64,000 nucleotides of DNA from Synechococcus sp. Its GTDB lineage: Bacteria; Cyanobacteriota; Cyanobacteriia; PCC-6307; Cyanobiaceae. Under the pieces are notes generated by a model, which made no database searches, was not told the DNA's origin, and saw only the letters and a program-made list of their open reading frames with translations. The stretch is from positions 544,001 through 608,000 of the forward strand of contig JBJBDL010000003.1 of assembly GCA_047285305.1 (NCBI GenBank). Direction: 5' to 3'. A program made the position numbers and the translations under genes. Shown here piece after piece: positions 17,924 through 30,320 of the stretch; within the stretch, counting starts at the first letter, position 1; every line of letters begins with the position of its first letter.

Positions 17924-18543
17924 ACCTGATCGGGCGCTACAGCAATCCCGGTTACGCCTCGGTGGCCGATGCGGTGCGTGAGTTCTTCGAGCGCCGGGTG
18001 GACTTACAGCGGCCTGGCGTGGCCTTCGGGCCCGAGGGTGAGGGGGAACCGGCGAAACAGAGCACCGACATCAGCCTGGTGGCGATTGATCGCTCGGAAC
18101 CCGAATCCTTTGCCCTTTCGCAACTGATCCTGCGGGGGGTGACGGCCGGCTTGGAGCGCTATCTGCAGGAGCGGCCGCTGTTCCGTCAGTGCTGCCCGCA
18201 GCAGAGCCTGTTTGTGAATCCGATCTTCAACCTCCAGCACTACGCCCCGGGGGAAGGCTTCAAGCGTTGGCACTGCGATTGGACCATCAGCGATGAGGCC
18301 ACCGAACCGGTGCACCGGTTGCTGGCCTGGATTCTCTATTGCAACGACGTGGATGAGGCTGGCACCGAGTTCCACTGGCAGGACCACCACGAACCGGCGG
18401 AGCGCGGCAAGTTGGTGATCTTTCCGGCTGGTCCGTCCCACATTCACCGTGGCCGGGTGAATGAGAGCGCTAGTAAGTTGATCGCCACCGGTTGGATCAA
18501 CGCCGGACGCCAGGAGGACTACCTACGGCGTCTCGCCAGCTGA
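17920..18543 (+). CDS. 2OG-Fe(II) oxygenase
   Basis: WHCD, WILYCNDV, GKLVIFP...HIHRG, K.IATGW. Confidence 0.88.
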   Translation: MNLIGRYSNPGYASVADAVREFFERRVDLQRPGVAFGPEGEGEPAKQSTDISLVAIDRSEPESFALSQLILRGVTAGLERYLQERPLFRQCCPQQSLFVNPIFNLQHYAPGEGFKRWHCDWTISDEATEPVHRLLAWILYCNDVDEAGTEFHWQDHHEPAERGKLVIFPAGPSHIHRGRVNESASKLIATGWINAGRQEDYLRRLAS

Positions 18544-18722
18544 GTTGTTGGTTGGATCGCTGTCTGATTCGGGCTGGAGCTGATTGATGGGGCTGCCGAG
18601 CCGGTGGGTTTCCTCCTTGGAGGGGGGCCATTCCATCGGATACACCTGGCGCTGCGGGAAGGGGCGTTGGCCATTGCGGACAGGGCTTTGCGAGCATGGC
18701 CGGCTGAACCGCTGAGCTTTCC

Positions 18723-21467
18723 GTGCCCGAACTGGCCAAGACCTACGACCCGGCTGGCACGGAGGCCCGCTGGCAGCGGGCCTGGGAGGACCAGGGAGCG
18801 TTCCATCCCGACCCGAAGGCCCCCGGTGAACCGTTCTCTGTGGTGATCCCGCCGCCGAACGTGACCGGCAGCCTGCACATGGGCCATGCCTTCAACACGG
18901 CTCTCATCGACACGATCGTGCGCTATCAGCGCTTGGCGGGAAAGAATGTTCTTTGCTTGCCCGGCACCGATCACGCCTCGATCGCGGTGCAGACGATCCT
19001 CGAGAAGCAGCTCAAAGATGAGGGCAAGACCCGTCACGACCTCGGCCGTGAGGCGTTTCTGGAGCGGGCTTGGCAGTGGAAGGCCGAAAGCGGTGGCCGC
19101 ATCGTGGGCCAGCTGCGGCGGTTGGGGTATTCCGTTGATTGGAAGCGTCAGCGCTTCACCCTGGATGAGGGCCTGAGTGAGGCGGTGAGGGAGGCCTTCG
19201 TGCGGCTGCACGAGCAGGGGCTGATCTACCGCGGCGAGTACCTGGTGAACTGGTGCCCCGCCTCCGGTTCGGCGGTGAGCGATCTCGAGGTGGAGATGAA
19301 GGAGGTGGACGGCCACCTCTGGCATTTCCGCTATCCACTCAGCAGCGGCGCCGGCCACCTGGAAGTGGCCACCACCCGGCCCGAAACGATGCTGGGCGAC
19401 ACGGCGGTGGCGGTGAACCCCACCGATGAGCGCTACGCCCACTTGGTGGGCCAGACCCTCACCCTGCCGTTCGTGGGGCGGGAGATTCCGATCGTGGCCG
19501 ACGACCACGTAGAGAAGGAGTTCGGCACCGGCTGCGTCAAGGTGACGCCGGCCCACGACCCCAACGATTTCGCCATCGGCCAGCGCCACGGTCTGCCCCA
19601 GATCACCGTGATGCGCAAGAACGGCACGATGAACAAGGAGGCCGGCCAGTTCGAAGGGCTGGATCGCTTTGAGGCCCGCAAGGCTGTGGTGGCTGGCCTG
19701 GAGGAGCTGGGGCTGCTGGTGAAGGTGGAGGACTACCGCCACAGCGTTCCCTATTCCGATCGCGGCAAGGTGCCGGTGGAGCCGCTGCTTTCCACCCAGT
19801 GGTTTGTCAAAACCGAGCCCCTTGCGGCTCGCTGTCGTGAGGCCCTCGAGAAGCAGGACCCCCGCTTCATCCCCGAGCGCTGGGAGAAGGTGTATCGCGA
19901 CTGGCTCACCGACATCCGCGACTGGTGCATCAGCCGCCAGCTCTGGTGGGGACATCGCATTCCCGCCTGGTTCGTGATCAGCGAGACCGGCGGCAAGTAC
20001 ACCGACACCACCCCCTACGTGGTGGCCCGCAATGAAGCCGAAGCCCTGGAGAAGGCCAAGGCGGAGTACGGCGCGGCGGCGGAGATCGAGCAGGACGAAG
20101 ACGTGCTCGACACCTGGTTCTCCAGTGGCCTCTGGCCCTTCTCCACCCTGGGTTGGCCCGATGCTGACAGCGCCGACCTGCAGCGCTGGTACCCCACCAG
20201 CACCCTGGTGACGGGCTTCGACATCATCTTTTTCTGGGTGGCCCGGATGACGATGATGGCCGGCGCCTTCACCGGTGAGATGCCCTTCCAGGACGTCTAT
20301 ATCCACGGCCTGGTGCGGGATGAGCAGAACCGCAAGATGAGCAAGAGCGCCGGCAATGGCATCGATCCGCTGCTGCTGATCGACCGTTACGGCACCGATG
20401 CCTTGCGTTTTGCCCTGGTGCGGGAGGTGGCCGGTGCAGGTCAGGACATCCGCCTGGACTACGACCGCAAGAAGGACACCTCCGCCACGGTGGAGGCCTC
20501 GCGCAACTTCGCCAACAAGCTCTGGAACGCCACCCGCTTCGCCCTGATGAATCTGGGCGGCGAAACGCCGGCCCAACTCGGTGAACCCGATCCCGCGGCC
20601 CTGCAGCTGGCCGATCGCTGGATCCTCTCCCGCCTGGCCCGGGTGAACCGGGAGACGGCCGAGCGTTACAGCAGCTATGGCCTGGGTGAAGCCGCCAAAG
20701 GGCTTTACGAGTTCGCCTGGAACGACGTCTGCGACTGGTATCTGGAGCTGAGCAAGCGCCGGCTCAACCCCGGTGAGAACCCCTCGGCTGAGGCCCTCGC
20801 CGATCAGCGGGTGGCCAAGCAGGTGCTGGCCAAGGTGATCAGCCAGATGCATCTGATGCTGCATCCGCTTATGCCCCACCTCACCGAGGAGCTCTGGCAC
20901 AGCGTCACCGGTGAGCCGGAGACCACCTTCCTGGCCCTGCAGCCCTGGCCGGAGCTGGATGAAGGTGCTTTGGATGATGCGTTGGAAGCCTCGTTTGCCG
21001 AGCTGATCGGTGCCATCCGTGTGGTGCGCAACCTGCGCGCGGTGGCGGGCCTTAAGCCCTCGCAATCGGTGCCGGTGCGCTTCGTCACCGGCCGCGGCGA
21101 GCTGGCGGCTGTGCTCGGCAAGGGCACGGCCGACATCACAGCGCTGACGCGGGCGGAGTCGGTGGCGGTGATGGCGCCGGCAGAGGCCGATGCGGCTCCG
21201 GTGGCCAAAGCCCTGGCGGGGGTGAGCGGTGAGCTGCAAGTGTTGCTGCCGATCGAAGGCCTTGTGGATCTCGATGCGCTCAAGGGCCGTCTGGAGAAAG
21301 ACATCGCCAAGGCGGAGAAGGAGATCAAGGGCCTGGCGGGCCGGCTGGGCAACCCCAACTTCGCCGACAAGGCGCCGCCGGAGGTGGTGGCGGAATGCCA
21401 GGCCAACCTCGATGAGAAGCAGGCCCAGGCCGATCTGGCCCGCAAGCGCCTGGCGGATCTGAGCTGA
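18723..21467 (+). CDS. valS: Valine--tRNA ligase
   Basis: [30 protein letters not shown]-terminal coiled coil. Confidence 0.98.
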   Translation: MPELAKTYDPAGTEARWQRAWEDQGAFHPDPKAPGEPFSVVIPPPNVTGSLHMGHAFNTALIDTIVRYQRLAGKNVLCLPGTDHASIAVQTILEKQLKDEGKTRHDLGREAFLERAWQWKAESGGRIVGQLRRLGYSVDWKRQRFTLDEGLSEAVREAFVRLHEQGLIYRGEYLVNWCPASGSAVSDLEVEMKEVDGHLWHFRYPLSSGAGHLEVATTRPETMLGDTAVAVNPTDERYAHLVGQTLTLPFVGREIPIVADDHVEKEFGTGCVKVTPAHDPNDFAIGQRHGLPQITVMRKNGTMNKEAGQFEGLDRFEARKAVVAGLEELGLLVKVEDYRHSVPYSDRGKVPVEPLLSTQWFVKTEPLAARCREALEKQDPRFIPERWEKVYRDWLTDIRDWCISRQLWWGHRIPAWFVISETGGKYTDTTPYVVARNEAEALEKAKAEYGAAAEIEQDEDVLDTWFSSGLWPFSTLGWPDADSADLQRWYPTSTLVTGFDIIFFWVARMTMMAGAFTGEMPFQDVYIHGLVRDEQNRKMSKSAGNGIDPLLLIDRYGTDALRFALVREVAGAGQDIRLDYDRKKDTSATVEASRNFANKLWNATRFALMNLGGETPAQLGEPDPAALQLADRWILSRLARVNRETAERYSSYGLGEAAKGLYEFAWNDVCDWYLELSKRRLNPGENPSAEALADQRVAKQVLAKVISQMHLMLHPLMPHLTEELWHSVTGEPETTFLALQPWPELDEGALDDALEASFAELIGAIRVVRNLRAVAGLKPSQSVPVRFVTGRGELAAVLGKGTADITALTRAESVAVMAPAEADAAPVAKALAGVSGELQVLLPIEGLVDLDALKGRLEKDIAKAEKEIKGLAGRLGNPNFADKAPPEVVAECQANLDEKQAQADLARKRLADLS

Positions 21468-21471
21468 TCCG

Positions 21472-22446
21472 GTGATTCAGGTTGAGGGGCTGAGCAAGAT
21501 CTACCGGGTTGCCGAGAAGCAGCCCGGCTTGGCCGGCACTCTGCGCCATTTCATCCGCCGCCGCACCCGGGACGTCACCGCGGTGCAGGACGTTTCCTTC
21601 CGGATTGAGCCCGGGGAGATGGTGGGCTTCCTCGGTGCCAACGGCGCCGGCAAAACCACCACCTTGAAGATGCTCTGCGGCTTGATTCACCCCAGCGCCG
21701 GCGAGGTGCAGGTGGCGGAGCACCGGCCCCAGCGCCGTCAGGCGGAGTTTCTGCGCCGGATCACCCTCGTGATGGGGCAGAAGCAGCAGCTGCTCTGGGA
21801 CCTGCCGCCGATGGATTCACTGCAGGTGAATGCGGCGGTCTACGGCATTCCCGATGCTGTGGCCCGGCGGCGGATCAAGGAGCTGGCTGATCTGCTGGAG
21901 CTGGGGGAGGAACTCACCCGGCCGGTGCGCAAGCTTTCCCTGGGCCAGCGGATGAAGGCCGAACTGTTGGCGGCGCTGTTGCACGAGCCGGAGGTGCTGT
22001 TCCTCGATGAACCGACCCTGGGTCTGGATGTGAATGCCCAGGCCCGGGTGCGGCAGTTTCTGGCGGAGTACAACCGCCGCACGGGGGCAACGGTGCTGCT
22101 CACCAGCCACTACATGGCTGACATCACGGCCCTCTGCCCCCGGGTGCTGTTGATCCACCAGGGGCGGTTGTTCCACGATGGCCCCCTCGAAGCCCTGGCT
22201 GATCAATTGGCACCGGAGCGGGAGGTGCGGCTCGAGTTGGAGTCGCCCGTTTCAGCCGATGACTTGGCGGGGTTGGGGCGTCTGGAGCAGCTGGAGGGCT
22301 GTGATGTGCGGCTGCTGGTGCCCCGCGATCAGCTCACCGCCGTGGTGGCGCAACTGCTGGACCGCTTCCCCGTGCGTGATCTGGATGTCACCGATCCACC
22401 GATTGAGGAGCTGATCGGTGGTCTGTTTCGGCAGGGGCGCGTCTGA
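21472..22446 (+). CDS. ABC transporter ATP-binding protein
   Basis: GANGAGKTT, LSLGQ, FLDEPT. Confidence 0.95.
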   Translation: MIQVEGLSKIYRVAEKQPGLAGTLRHFIRRRTRDVTAVQDVSFRIEPGEMVGFLGANGAGKTTTLKMLCGLIHPSAGEVQVAEHRPQRRQAEFLRRITLVMGQKQQLLWDLPPMDSLQVNAAVYGIPDAVARRRIKELADLLELGEELTRPVRKLSLGQRMKAELLAALLHEPEVLFLDEPTLGLDVNAQARVRQFLAEYNRRTGATVLLTSHYMADITALCPRVLLIHQGRLFHDGPLEALADQLAPEREVRLELESPVSADDLAGLGRLEQLEGCDVRLLVPRDQLTAVVAQLLDRFPVRDLDVTDPPIEELIGGLFRQGRV

Positions 22447-23243
22447 TGCGGATCTTCGGGCTGAACCGCCGGATCATCCGGGTGCTGCTGGGCTCCCAGT
22501 ACGCCCACATGCTCGAGTACCGCGCCGAGATCGCCCTCTGGGCTTTGTCCGGGGTGCTGCCGTTCATCATGCTCAGCGTCTGGAGCGGCAGCGACGCGCG
22601 CTCGGGGCTGGGGCTGGATGGTGTGGCCCTGGATCGCTATTTCCTCAGCGCCTTTCTGGTGCGTCAGTTCTCGGTGGTGTGGGTGGTCTACGCCTTCGAG
22701 GAAGACGCCCTGCTGGGCCGGCTCTCTCCTTACCTGCTGCAACCGCTGCATCCGCTCTGGCGTTATGTGGCCGCCCACCTCGGCGAGCAGCTCACCCGTC
22801 TGCCCTTCGCGGCCCTGATTGCGGCGGTGTTTTTTGTGGTGCGGCCCCAGGCCTTCTGGTTGCCGTCGTTGGGGGGCTTCCTGCTGGCCTGGCTGGCCAC
22901 CTGGATGGCCTTCGCCATCGCCTTTCTGTTTCAGAGCCTGATTGCGGCCCTCTGCTTCTGGAGTGAGAAGGCCAGTGCCCTGGAGCGGCTTCAGTTCATT
23001 CCCTTCCTGTTCCTATCCGGTTTGCTGGCACCGCTCACGGCCTTCCCGCCGGTGGTGCGGGCCTTGGCCCAGTGGACGCCTTTTCCTTATCTGATTGATT
23101 TCCCGGCCAGGGTGCTGGCGGGCCAGCCGGTGAATCTGTTGGCGGGTTTCGGGGCGCAACTGGCCTGGATCGCTCTGTTGTTGCCGCTGGTGCTGCTGCT
23201 CTGGCGGGCCGGCGTGCGGCGCTACAGCGCCATGGGGGCCTGA
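22446..23243 (+). CDS. ABC-2 type permease
   Basis: Multi-TM protein translationally coupled to the ATPase. Confidence 0.88.
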   Translation: MRIFGLNRRIIRVLLGSQYAHMLEYRAEIALWALSGVLPFIMLSVWSGSDARSGLGLDGVALDRYFLSAFLVRQFSVVWVVYAFEEDALLGRLSPYLLQPLHPLWRYVAAHLGEQLTRLPFAALIAAVFFVVRPQAFWLPSLGGFLLAWLATWMAFAIAFLFQSLIAALCFWSEKASALERLQFIPFLFLSGLLAPLTAFPPVVRALAQWTPFPYLIDFPARVLAGQPVNLLAGFGAQLAWIALLLPLVLLLWRAGVRRYSAMGA

Positions 23244-24031
23244 TGGGGCGCTACTGGCGAATCCTGCGCCGCTTCTGGGGCACGGCCGTGGCCGTGCAGC
23301 TGGAGTATCAGGCCAACGTGCTGATCGAGCTGCTGGCGGTGGCGATGAGCCTCAGCGGCAGCCTGTTCCTGCTCTCACTGTTCTACGGCCCCGATCAGAC
23401 GTTGGGGGGCTGGAGCTGGGCCCAGGCCCTGATGGTGCAGGGGCTTTACACGGTGTTCGATGGCATGGCCACCACCTGGTTGCGCCCCAACCTCGGGGCG
23501 ATCGTCACCCATGTGCGCGAGGGCACCCTGGATTTCGTGCTGCTCAAACCGATCGACAGCCAGTTCTGGTTGTCGCTGCGCACGCTCTCGCCCGCGGGCC
23601 TGCCGGAGATCGCCCTGGGGCTTGGGCTTCTGGCCTGGGGGTGCCATCAGGCCGGTGTGGTGTTCAGCCTGTCCTCTCTCTTCACCGTGCTGGTGATGCT
23701 GCTGGCCGGTGGCTTGATCCTCTATTCGCTCTGGTTTCTGATCGCTGCCACCAGCATCTGGTTCGTCAAAACCTGGAATGCCACTGAGGTGTTGCGGGCC
23801 CTGCTGGCCTCCGGCCGTTATCCCCTCAACGCCTACCCGCCTGCCCTGCGCCTGCTGTTCACCCTGGTGCTGCCGGTGGCCTTTCTCACCACGGTTCCGG
23901 CCCAGGTGCTGTTGGGTGAGGCCGCCGCACCGATGCTGCTGGCGGGCTTGGCTCTGGCGGTGCTGTTTTTTGCGGCGGCGCGGGCCTTCTGGCTCTTTGC
24001 GCTGCGCTTCTACACCTCAGCATCGAGTTAG
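23243..24031 (+). CDS. ABC-2 type permease
   Basis: Multi-TM, VREGTLDFVLLKPIDSQF. Confidence 0.88.
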   Translation: MGRYWRILRRFWGTAVAVQLEYQANVLIELLAVAMSLSGSLFLLSLFYGPDQTLGGWSWAQALMVQGLYTVFDGMATTWLRPNLGAIVTHVREGTLDFVLLKPIDSQFWLSLRTLSPAGLPEIALGLGLLAWGCHQAGVVFSLSSLFTVLVMLLAGGLILYSLWFLIAATSIWFVKTWNATEVLRALLASGRYPLNAYPPALRLLFTLVLPVAFLTTVPAQVLLGEAAAPMLLAGLALAVLFFAAARAFWLFALRFYTSASS

Positions 24032-24065
24032 TGCAATGCTCCACGCCATGCGTGGGTGATTCCGC

Positions 24066-24664
24066 TTGATCTCCTTGGTTCAGCACTGGCTGCCGGATGT
24101 GTTGGAGCTGCTGCGCTCCCCCGCTGGAGCGTTGCTGTTCATGCCGCTCTATGCCCTCTGGGTGACGCTGCTGCTGCCGGGGGTGTGGGCGTCGATGCTG
24201 GCCGGGGTGCTCTATGGCACCTGGCTTGGCAGTGGCCTGGTGTTTGTTGGGGCCTGCCTCGGGGCGGTGGTGGTGTTTCTGCTGGGGCGTTCGGTGTTGC
24301 GCGACTGGGCCCGCCGCCGGTTGGAGCAGTTCCCCAAGTTGCAGGCGGTGGAGCGGGCCGTGAGCAAGGAGGGCCTGAAGTTGGTGTTGCTGACGCGCCT
24401 CTCGCCCGCCTTTCCCTTCTCGCTGCTCAACCTGGCCTACGGCCTCAGTGAGGTGAGCCTGCGGGATTACAGCATCGGCTTGATCGGCATCCTCCCCGGC
24501 ACGGTGCTGTTCTGCGGCTTGGGTGCCTTGGCCGGCGATGTGGCCCGGTTCGGTGAGGTGCTGGGGGGTGAGGCCGATACTGGAACCTGGGCGCTGCGGG
24601 TGGTGGGGGTGCTTGCCACGTTGGCCGTGGTTTGGCTGGTGAGCCGAGCGGCTCGGCGGGCGCT

Positions 24665-24689
<25 letters not shown>
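24066..24689 (+). CDS. TVP38/TMEM64 (DedA superfamily) membrane protein
   Basis: LTRLSPAFPFSLLNLAYG motif. Confidence 0.88.
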
Positions 24690-27304
<2,615 letters not shown>

Positions 27305-27379
27305 CAGCTGTCAAAGCAGGGCCGAGTCTGACTGACCACGGCAGGATGGCGCTGATTCGGATCTCCTCCCCCCCGTTCT

Positions 27380-27922
27380 GTGCCTTTGCAGCCGCTGCTG
27401 CCGTTGTTTCATCGCCTCAACCGGGAGCATTTCGGCGGTGCTCTGGTGGATGGGGGCCAGCCGCTGACGGCGGTGCGCTGGAGCGATGGGCGGATGAGCC
27501 GCACGGCGGGGTTCTACCGCCGTGGCCCCGGTGTGGGTGAGGACCGCGGCAGCGAGATCGTGCTGTCGCGTCCGGTGCTCGAGCCGTTGCCGCAGATCGC
27601 CACGGAAAGCACCCTCTGCCACGAGATGATCCACGCCTGGGTGGATCTGGTGCAGCGTCGCCGCGAAAGTCACGGGCCGCTGTTCCGGGCCCGGATGGCC
27701 GCCATCAATGCGGCCCAGAGCCGGTTTCAAGTGAGCATTCGCCACAGCTATCCCGTGCCGCCCCGGCCGCCTCGTTGGCTGGCGGTCTGTCCCCGTTGCG
27801 GCCGTCGCACCCCTTGCAGAAGGCGCACACGCAATGCTGCTTGCCGGGCCTGTTGCATCGAGCATTTCCACGGCCGTTGGGATGCCAGCTGCGTGCTCAG
27901 TTATGTGGAGGCGGAGGGCTAG
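27380..27922 (+). CDS. SprT-family Zn metalloprotease
   Basis: HEMIH, HGPLF, CxxC motifs. Confidence 0.9.
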   Translation: MPLQPLLPLFHRLNREHFGGALVDGGQPLTAVRWSDGRMSRTAGFYRRGPGVGEDRGSEIVLSRPVLEPLPQIATESTLCHEMIHAWVDLVQRRRESHGPLFRARMAAINAAQSRFQVSIRHSYPVPPRPPRWLAVCPRCGRRTPCRRRTRNAACRACCIEHFHGRWDASCVLSYVEAEG

Positions 27923-28027
27923 ATGGAGGTGTTCTGGCTCACCCTGGAGTGCGGCGGTGTGGTGATTGTGTTGCTGGGATTGCGGCGGGAACAGTGGTTG
28001 CGTCGACGCCGTCGGTAACGTCAGGAG

Positions 28028-28564
28028 ATGGAGGAGCGCTTCGATCGGTTGGACCGGTTCCGTGATCAGCGGGATCGCCGTCTCGACCAGTTCTTGGAAA
28101 CCGGCCGTCAGCTCGTGGATGGGGTGTCCGGTCGGCGACCAGGACAACGGCCTGGAGGGCGGCGCTCCGGTTTGGATCTCGATTCGGTGGGCCGCTGGGT
28201 CGGCGAAAAGGTTGAATGGCTGCTGGAAGAGGATGATGACTGGCAGGAGCCCTGGCAAGAGGCTGGCCGTGGCCGGCCAGAGCCCGCACGTTCGACGCGT
28301 TCCGCCCGTCGCCCCCTTGAGGCGATCTCCCGCCGGAGCCGCCGCGGAGCAGCAGCGCAGGCTCCAGCGCCCCCATCAACGCCACCTGTGGCTCAGGAGT
28401 TCAGCGCAGCAGATCAGGGCGAGTGGCCGGAGGACGACAGCTTCCGGGTGCAGCGCTGGTCGCGCTCTGCCCAGCCGGCAGCTCGTCCGGAACCCGAAGC
28501 CGCGCCCAATCCAGCGGGCTCCCGGAGGACTTTGCCGCGCTCCAGCCGCCGCCGGATCGACTAA
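28028..28564 (+). CDS. Conserved hypothetical protein
   Basis: LDQFLETGRQLVDGVSGRRPG and WVGEKVEWLLEEDDDW. Confidence 0.7.
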   Translation: MEERFDRLDRFRDQRDRRLDQFLETGRQLVDGVSGRRPGQRPGGRRSGLDLDSVGRWVGEKVEWLLEEDDDWQEPWQEAGRGRPEPARSTRSARRPLEAISRRSRRGAAAQAPAPPSTPPVAQEFSAADQGEWPEDDSFRVQRWSRSAQPAARPEPEAAPNPAGSRRTLPRSSRRRID

Positions 28565-28998
28565 CGGCTGGGGTGTAACGAGCGTGGGCTGACCCGGTAG
28601 CGGCAGCCCCGTGCAGCGAGCTGGTGGTTCACATCCTCGAGCAGCTCTCCGGGCATCTCTTCAGCCATCTGGTCCGCTGTGGCGGTGATCGATGGGGATC
28701 CCACCTGCAGCGCTTCCAGCAGTTGGGTCCACTGCTCCACTTGCAGACTGCGGCTCATCGGCTCATAGCCCTTCTGTTCCAGCAGCTGGCTGCAGACCGT
28801 GCGGTTCCAGAGCACGGTGCGTCCCTGGCCATGGGGGCCGGTTTGCATGGCGGCATTGGCGTCGAGGGCGCTTTGGGTGGGGCGGCCCCGCCTGTCACGC
28901 CAGCCTTGATGTTCGAGGGTTTTGCCGCAGTGAATCGCCGAAATGCCGTAGATCCGACCGAGGTCGGTGAGGCTGAGCCAGGAGGTGGTGGCAGCCAT
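28561..28998 (-). CDS. Conserved hypothetical protein
   Basis: WLSLTDLGRIYGISAIHCG, HTH-like N-terminus. Confidence 0.75.
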   Translation of the reverse strand: MAATTSWLSLTDLGRIYGISAIHCGKTLEHQGWRDRRGRPTQSALDANAAMQTGPHGQGRTVLWNRTVCSQLLEQKGYEPMSRSLQVEQWTQLLEALQVGSPSITATADQMAEEMPGELLEDVNHQLAARGCRYRVSPRSLHPSR

Positions 28999-29069
28999 GA
29001 CACGGTGCACCGAATTGGCCACATCTTCCTGTCAGCACAACTAATAGCAAGTTGTCAAGAGCAAATCCC

Positions 29070-29089
29070 AACAAACCCGCAGGTTTGTT
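29070..29089 (-). terminator. Hairpin directly after the chorismate lyase stop
   Basis: AACAAACC-CGCA-GGTTTGTT perfect 8-bp stem. Confidence 0.4.
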
Positions 29090-29688
29090 CATGAATTTTG
29101 TTGAAACTCCTGGCGCAGCGTGGGCCCGAGCCAGGTTTCGAGTTGCGGGCTGAACACTTCGCGAATCACGGTGAGGGCCTTGCCCTGGCGGAAGAAGCGG
29201 TAATGGCGGCTCCAGTAGGGGCCGCGATGGCCAAAGGTCAGGTCGAGCCAGTCCCCCTCCACCAGCGCCAAGCCATCCACCTCACGGAACAGCTCGGAAC
29301 GCCCTTCGGTGAGGCTTTTCCAGATGGGCTGGTTGCGGTCCCGCAGGTGCCAATCCGCTTCGGCCTGGTTCCACCAGCTCTCGGCCCAGGCCAGCGGAGT
29401 GCCGCCGCAGGTGAGCCACACCTGGCGGCGCAGCAGTGGTGCCATCAATTCCTTCACCTCCTCCGGTGCCCCGGGGTGGTCGGTCTGGTCGGCCTCCATG
29501 GCGATCAGATCCACGGCAACGGGCGAACCGGTGAGCAGGCGCAGGTGGCGGGTCGGGCTGCCATCGCCCAGCAGCATCAGCCGCCAGGGGCCGGGCAGCT
29601 GGCGCGGCCCCTCCGCTGAGAGCACGGCGTCGGTGGGGGCTTGCCAGAGTTGGTGCGGTGATGGGTGAAGACGGGGGGCGGGGTTCAG
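29089..29688 (-). CDS. Chorismate lyase-like protein (DUF98/UbiC-like), probable CTG start
   Basis: LLGDGSPTRHL, RRQVWL, WSRHYRF, IREVFSP; the frame extends to a CTG overlapping the upstream TGA. Confidence 0.85.
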   Translation of the reverse strand: MNPAPRLHPSPHQLWQAPTDAVLSAEGPRQLPGPWRLMLLGDGSPTRHLRLLTGSPVAVDLIAMEADQTDHPGAPEEVKELMAPLLRRQVWLTCGGTPLAWAESWWNQAEADWHLRDRNQPIWKSLTEGRSELFREVDGLALVEGDWLDLTFGHRGPYWSRHYRFFRQGKALTVIREVFSPQLETWLGPTLRQEFQQNS

Positions 29689-30296
29689 AACAGTCCTCCC
29701 ATCGAGAAGGTTTGGCGTTGGCCGTTGCGGCTGATCACGTCACCGCTGTCGGTGACCTTGCTGAGCACCCAGCCGCTGCTGCCGATCGCTTCACCGATGC
29801 CGGCGGACACCGATCCCTGCCCCAGTTGAAAAACGGCGGAACTGCTGCCAACGGGGCCCTTCACCACACCGGTGAGTTGCGAGATCGGTCCCATCGGTGC
29901 TGACACCTGGGCGCTGCCCAGGGGCTCAACCGTCAAGGGTTGTTGGATCGGCACGGTCAGCGGTTCGAGGCTTTGGCTCGCAAGGGAGGCGTCCTCGAGC
30001 GTTGTCATCTCTTCTTCGCGGCTTTCTTGGGCAGTCACTTGCTCGCGCAGCTGCTCGATCAGGGCGGGGTTTTGCTTCCGTTCCAGCTCCAGGCGGGAGT
30101 GTTGCAAGCTGCTCACCAACCAGGCGGAGGGGGAGCGGCGCTCGGTGGGCTTTGTTGGTTCGTGGACATCCACATCCACCGGCACCAGGTGCGGCTGGTT
30201 GAGAGAGGTGACCGCCTCGCGGTCGAACACGTTGTCCATCACCTGCCCAGCCCGCAGGTTCCAATAGGCACGTGAGGTGGGAACCCGGGCTGGCAC
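29685..30296 (-). CDS. Hypothetical protein with a GspC/PilP-like C-terminal beta domain, possibly degenerate
   Basis: QLTGVV....SSAVFQ......GIGEAIGSSGWVL..V. Confidence 0.6.
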   Translation of the reverse strand: MPARVPTSRAYWNLRAGQVMDNVFDREAVTSLNQPHLVPVDVDVHEPTKPTERRSPSAWLVSSLQHSRLELERKQNPALIEQLREQVTAQESREEEMTTLEDASLASQSLEPLTVPIQQPLTVEPLGSAQVSAPMGPISQLTGVVKGPVGSSSAVFQLGQGSVSAGIGEAIGSSGWVLSKVTDSGDVISRNGQRQTFSMGGLF

Positions 30297-30320
30297 TGCA
30301 GAGGTTTCAGGAGTCCAACG

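Noticed and set aside
18519..21239. 906-aa minus-strand ORF, and similar long ORFs at 24841-26199, 37027-38535, 43764-45983 and 58645-59838
   Set aside because: Antisense shadows of valS, ligA, gcvP, flv3 and gatB, expected from high-GC codon bias; no recognisable motifs
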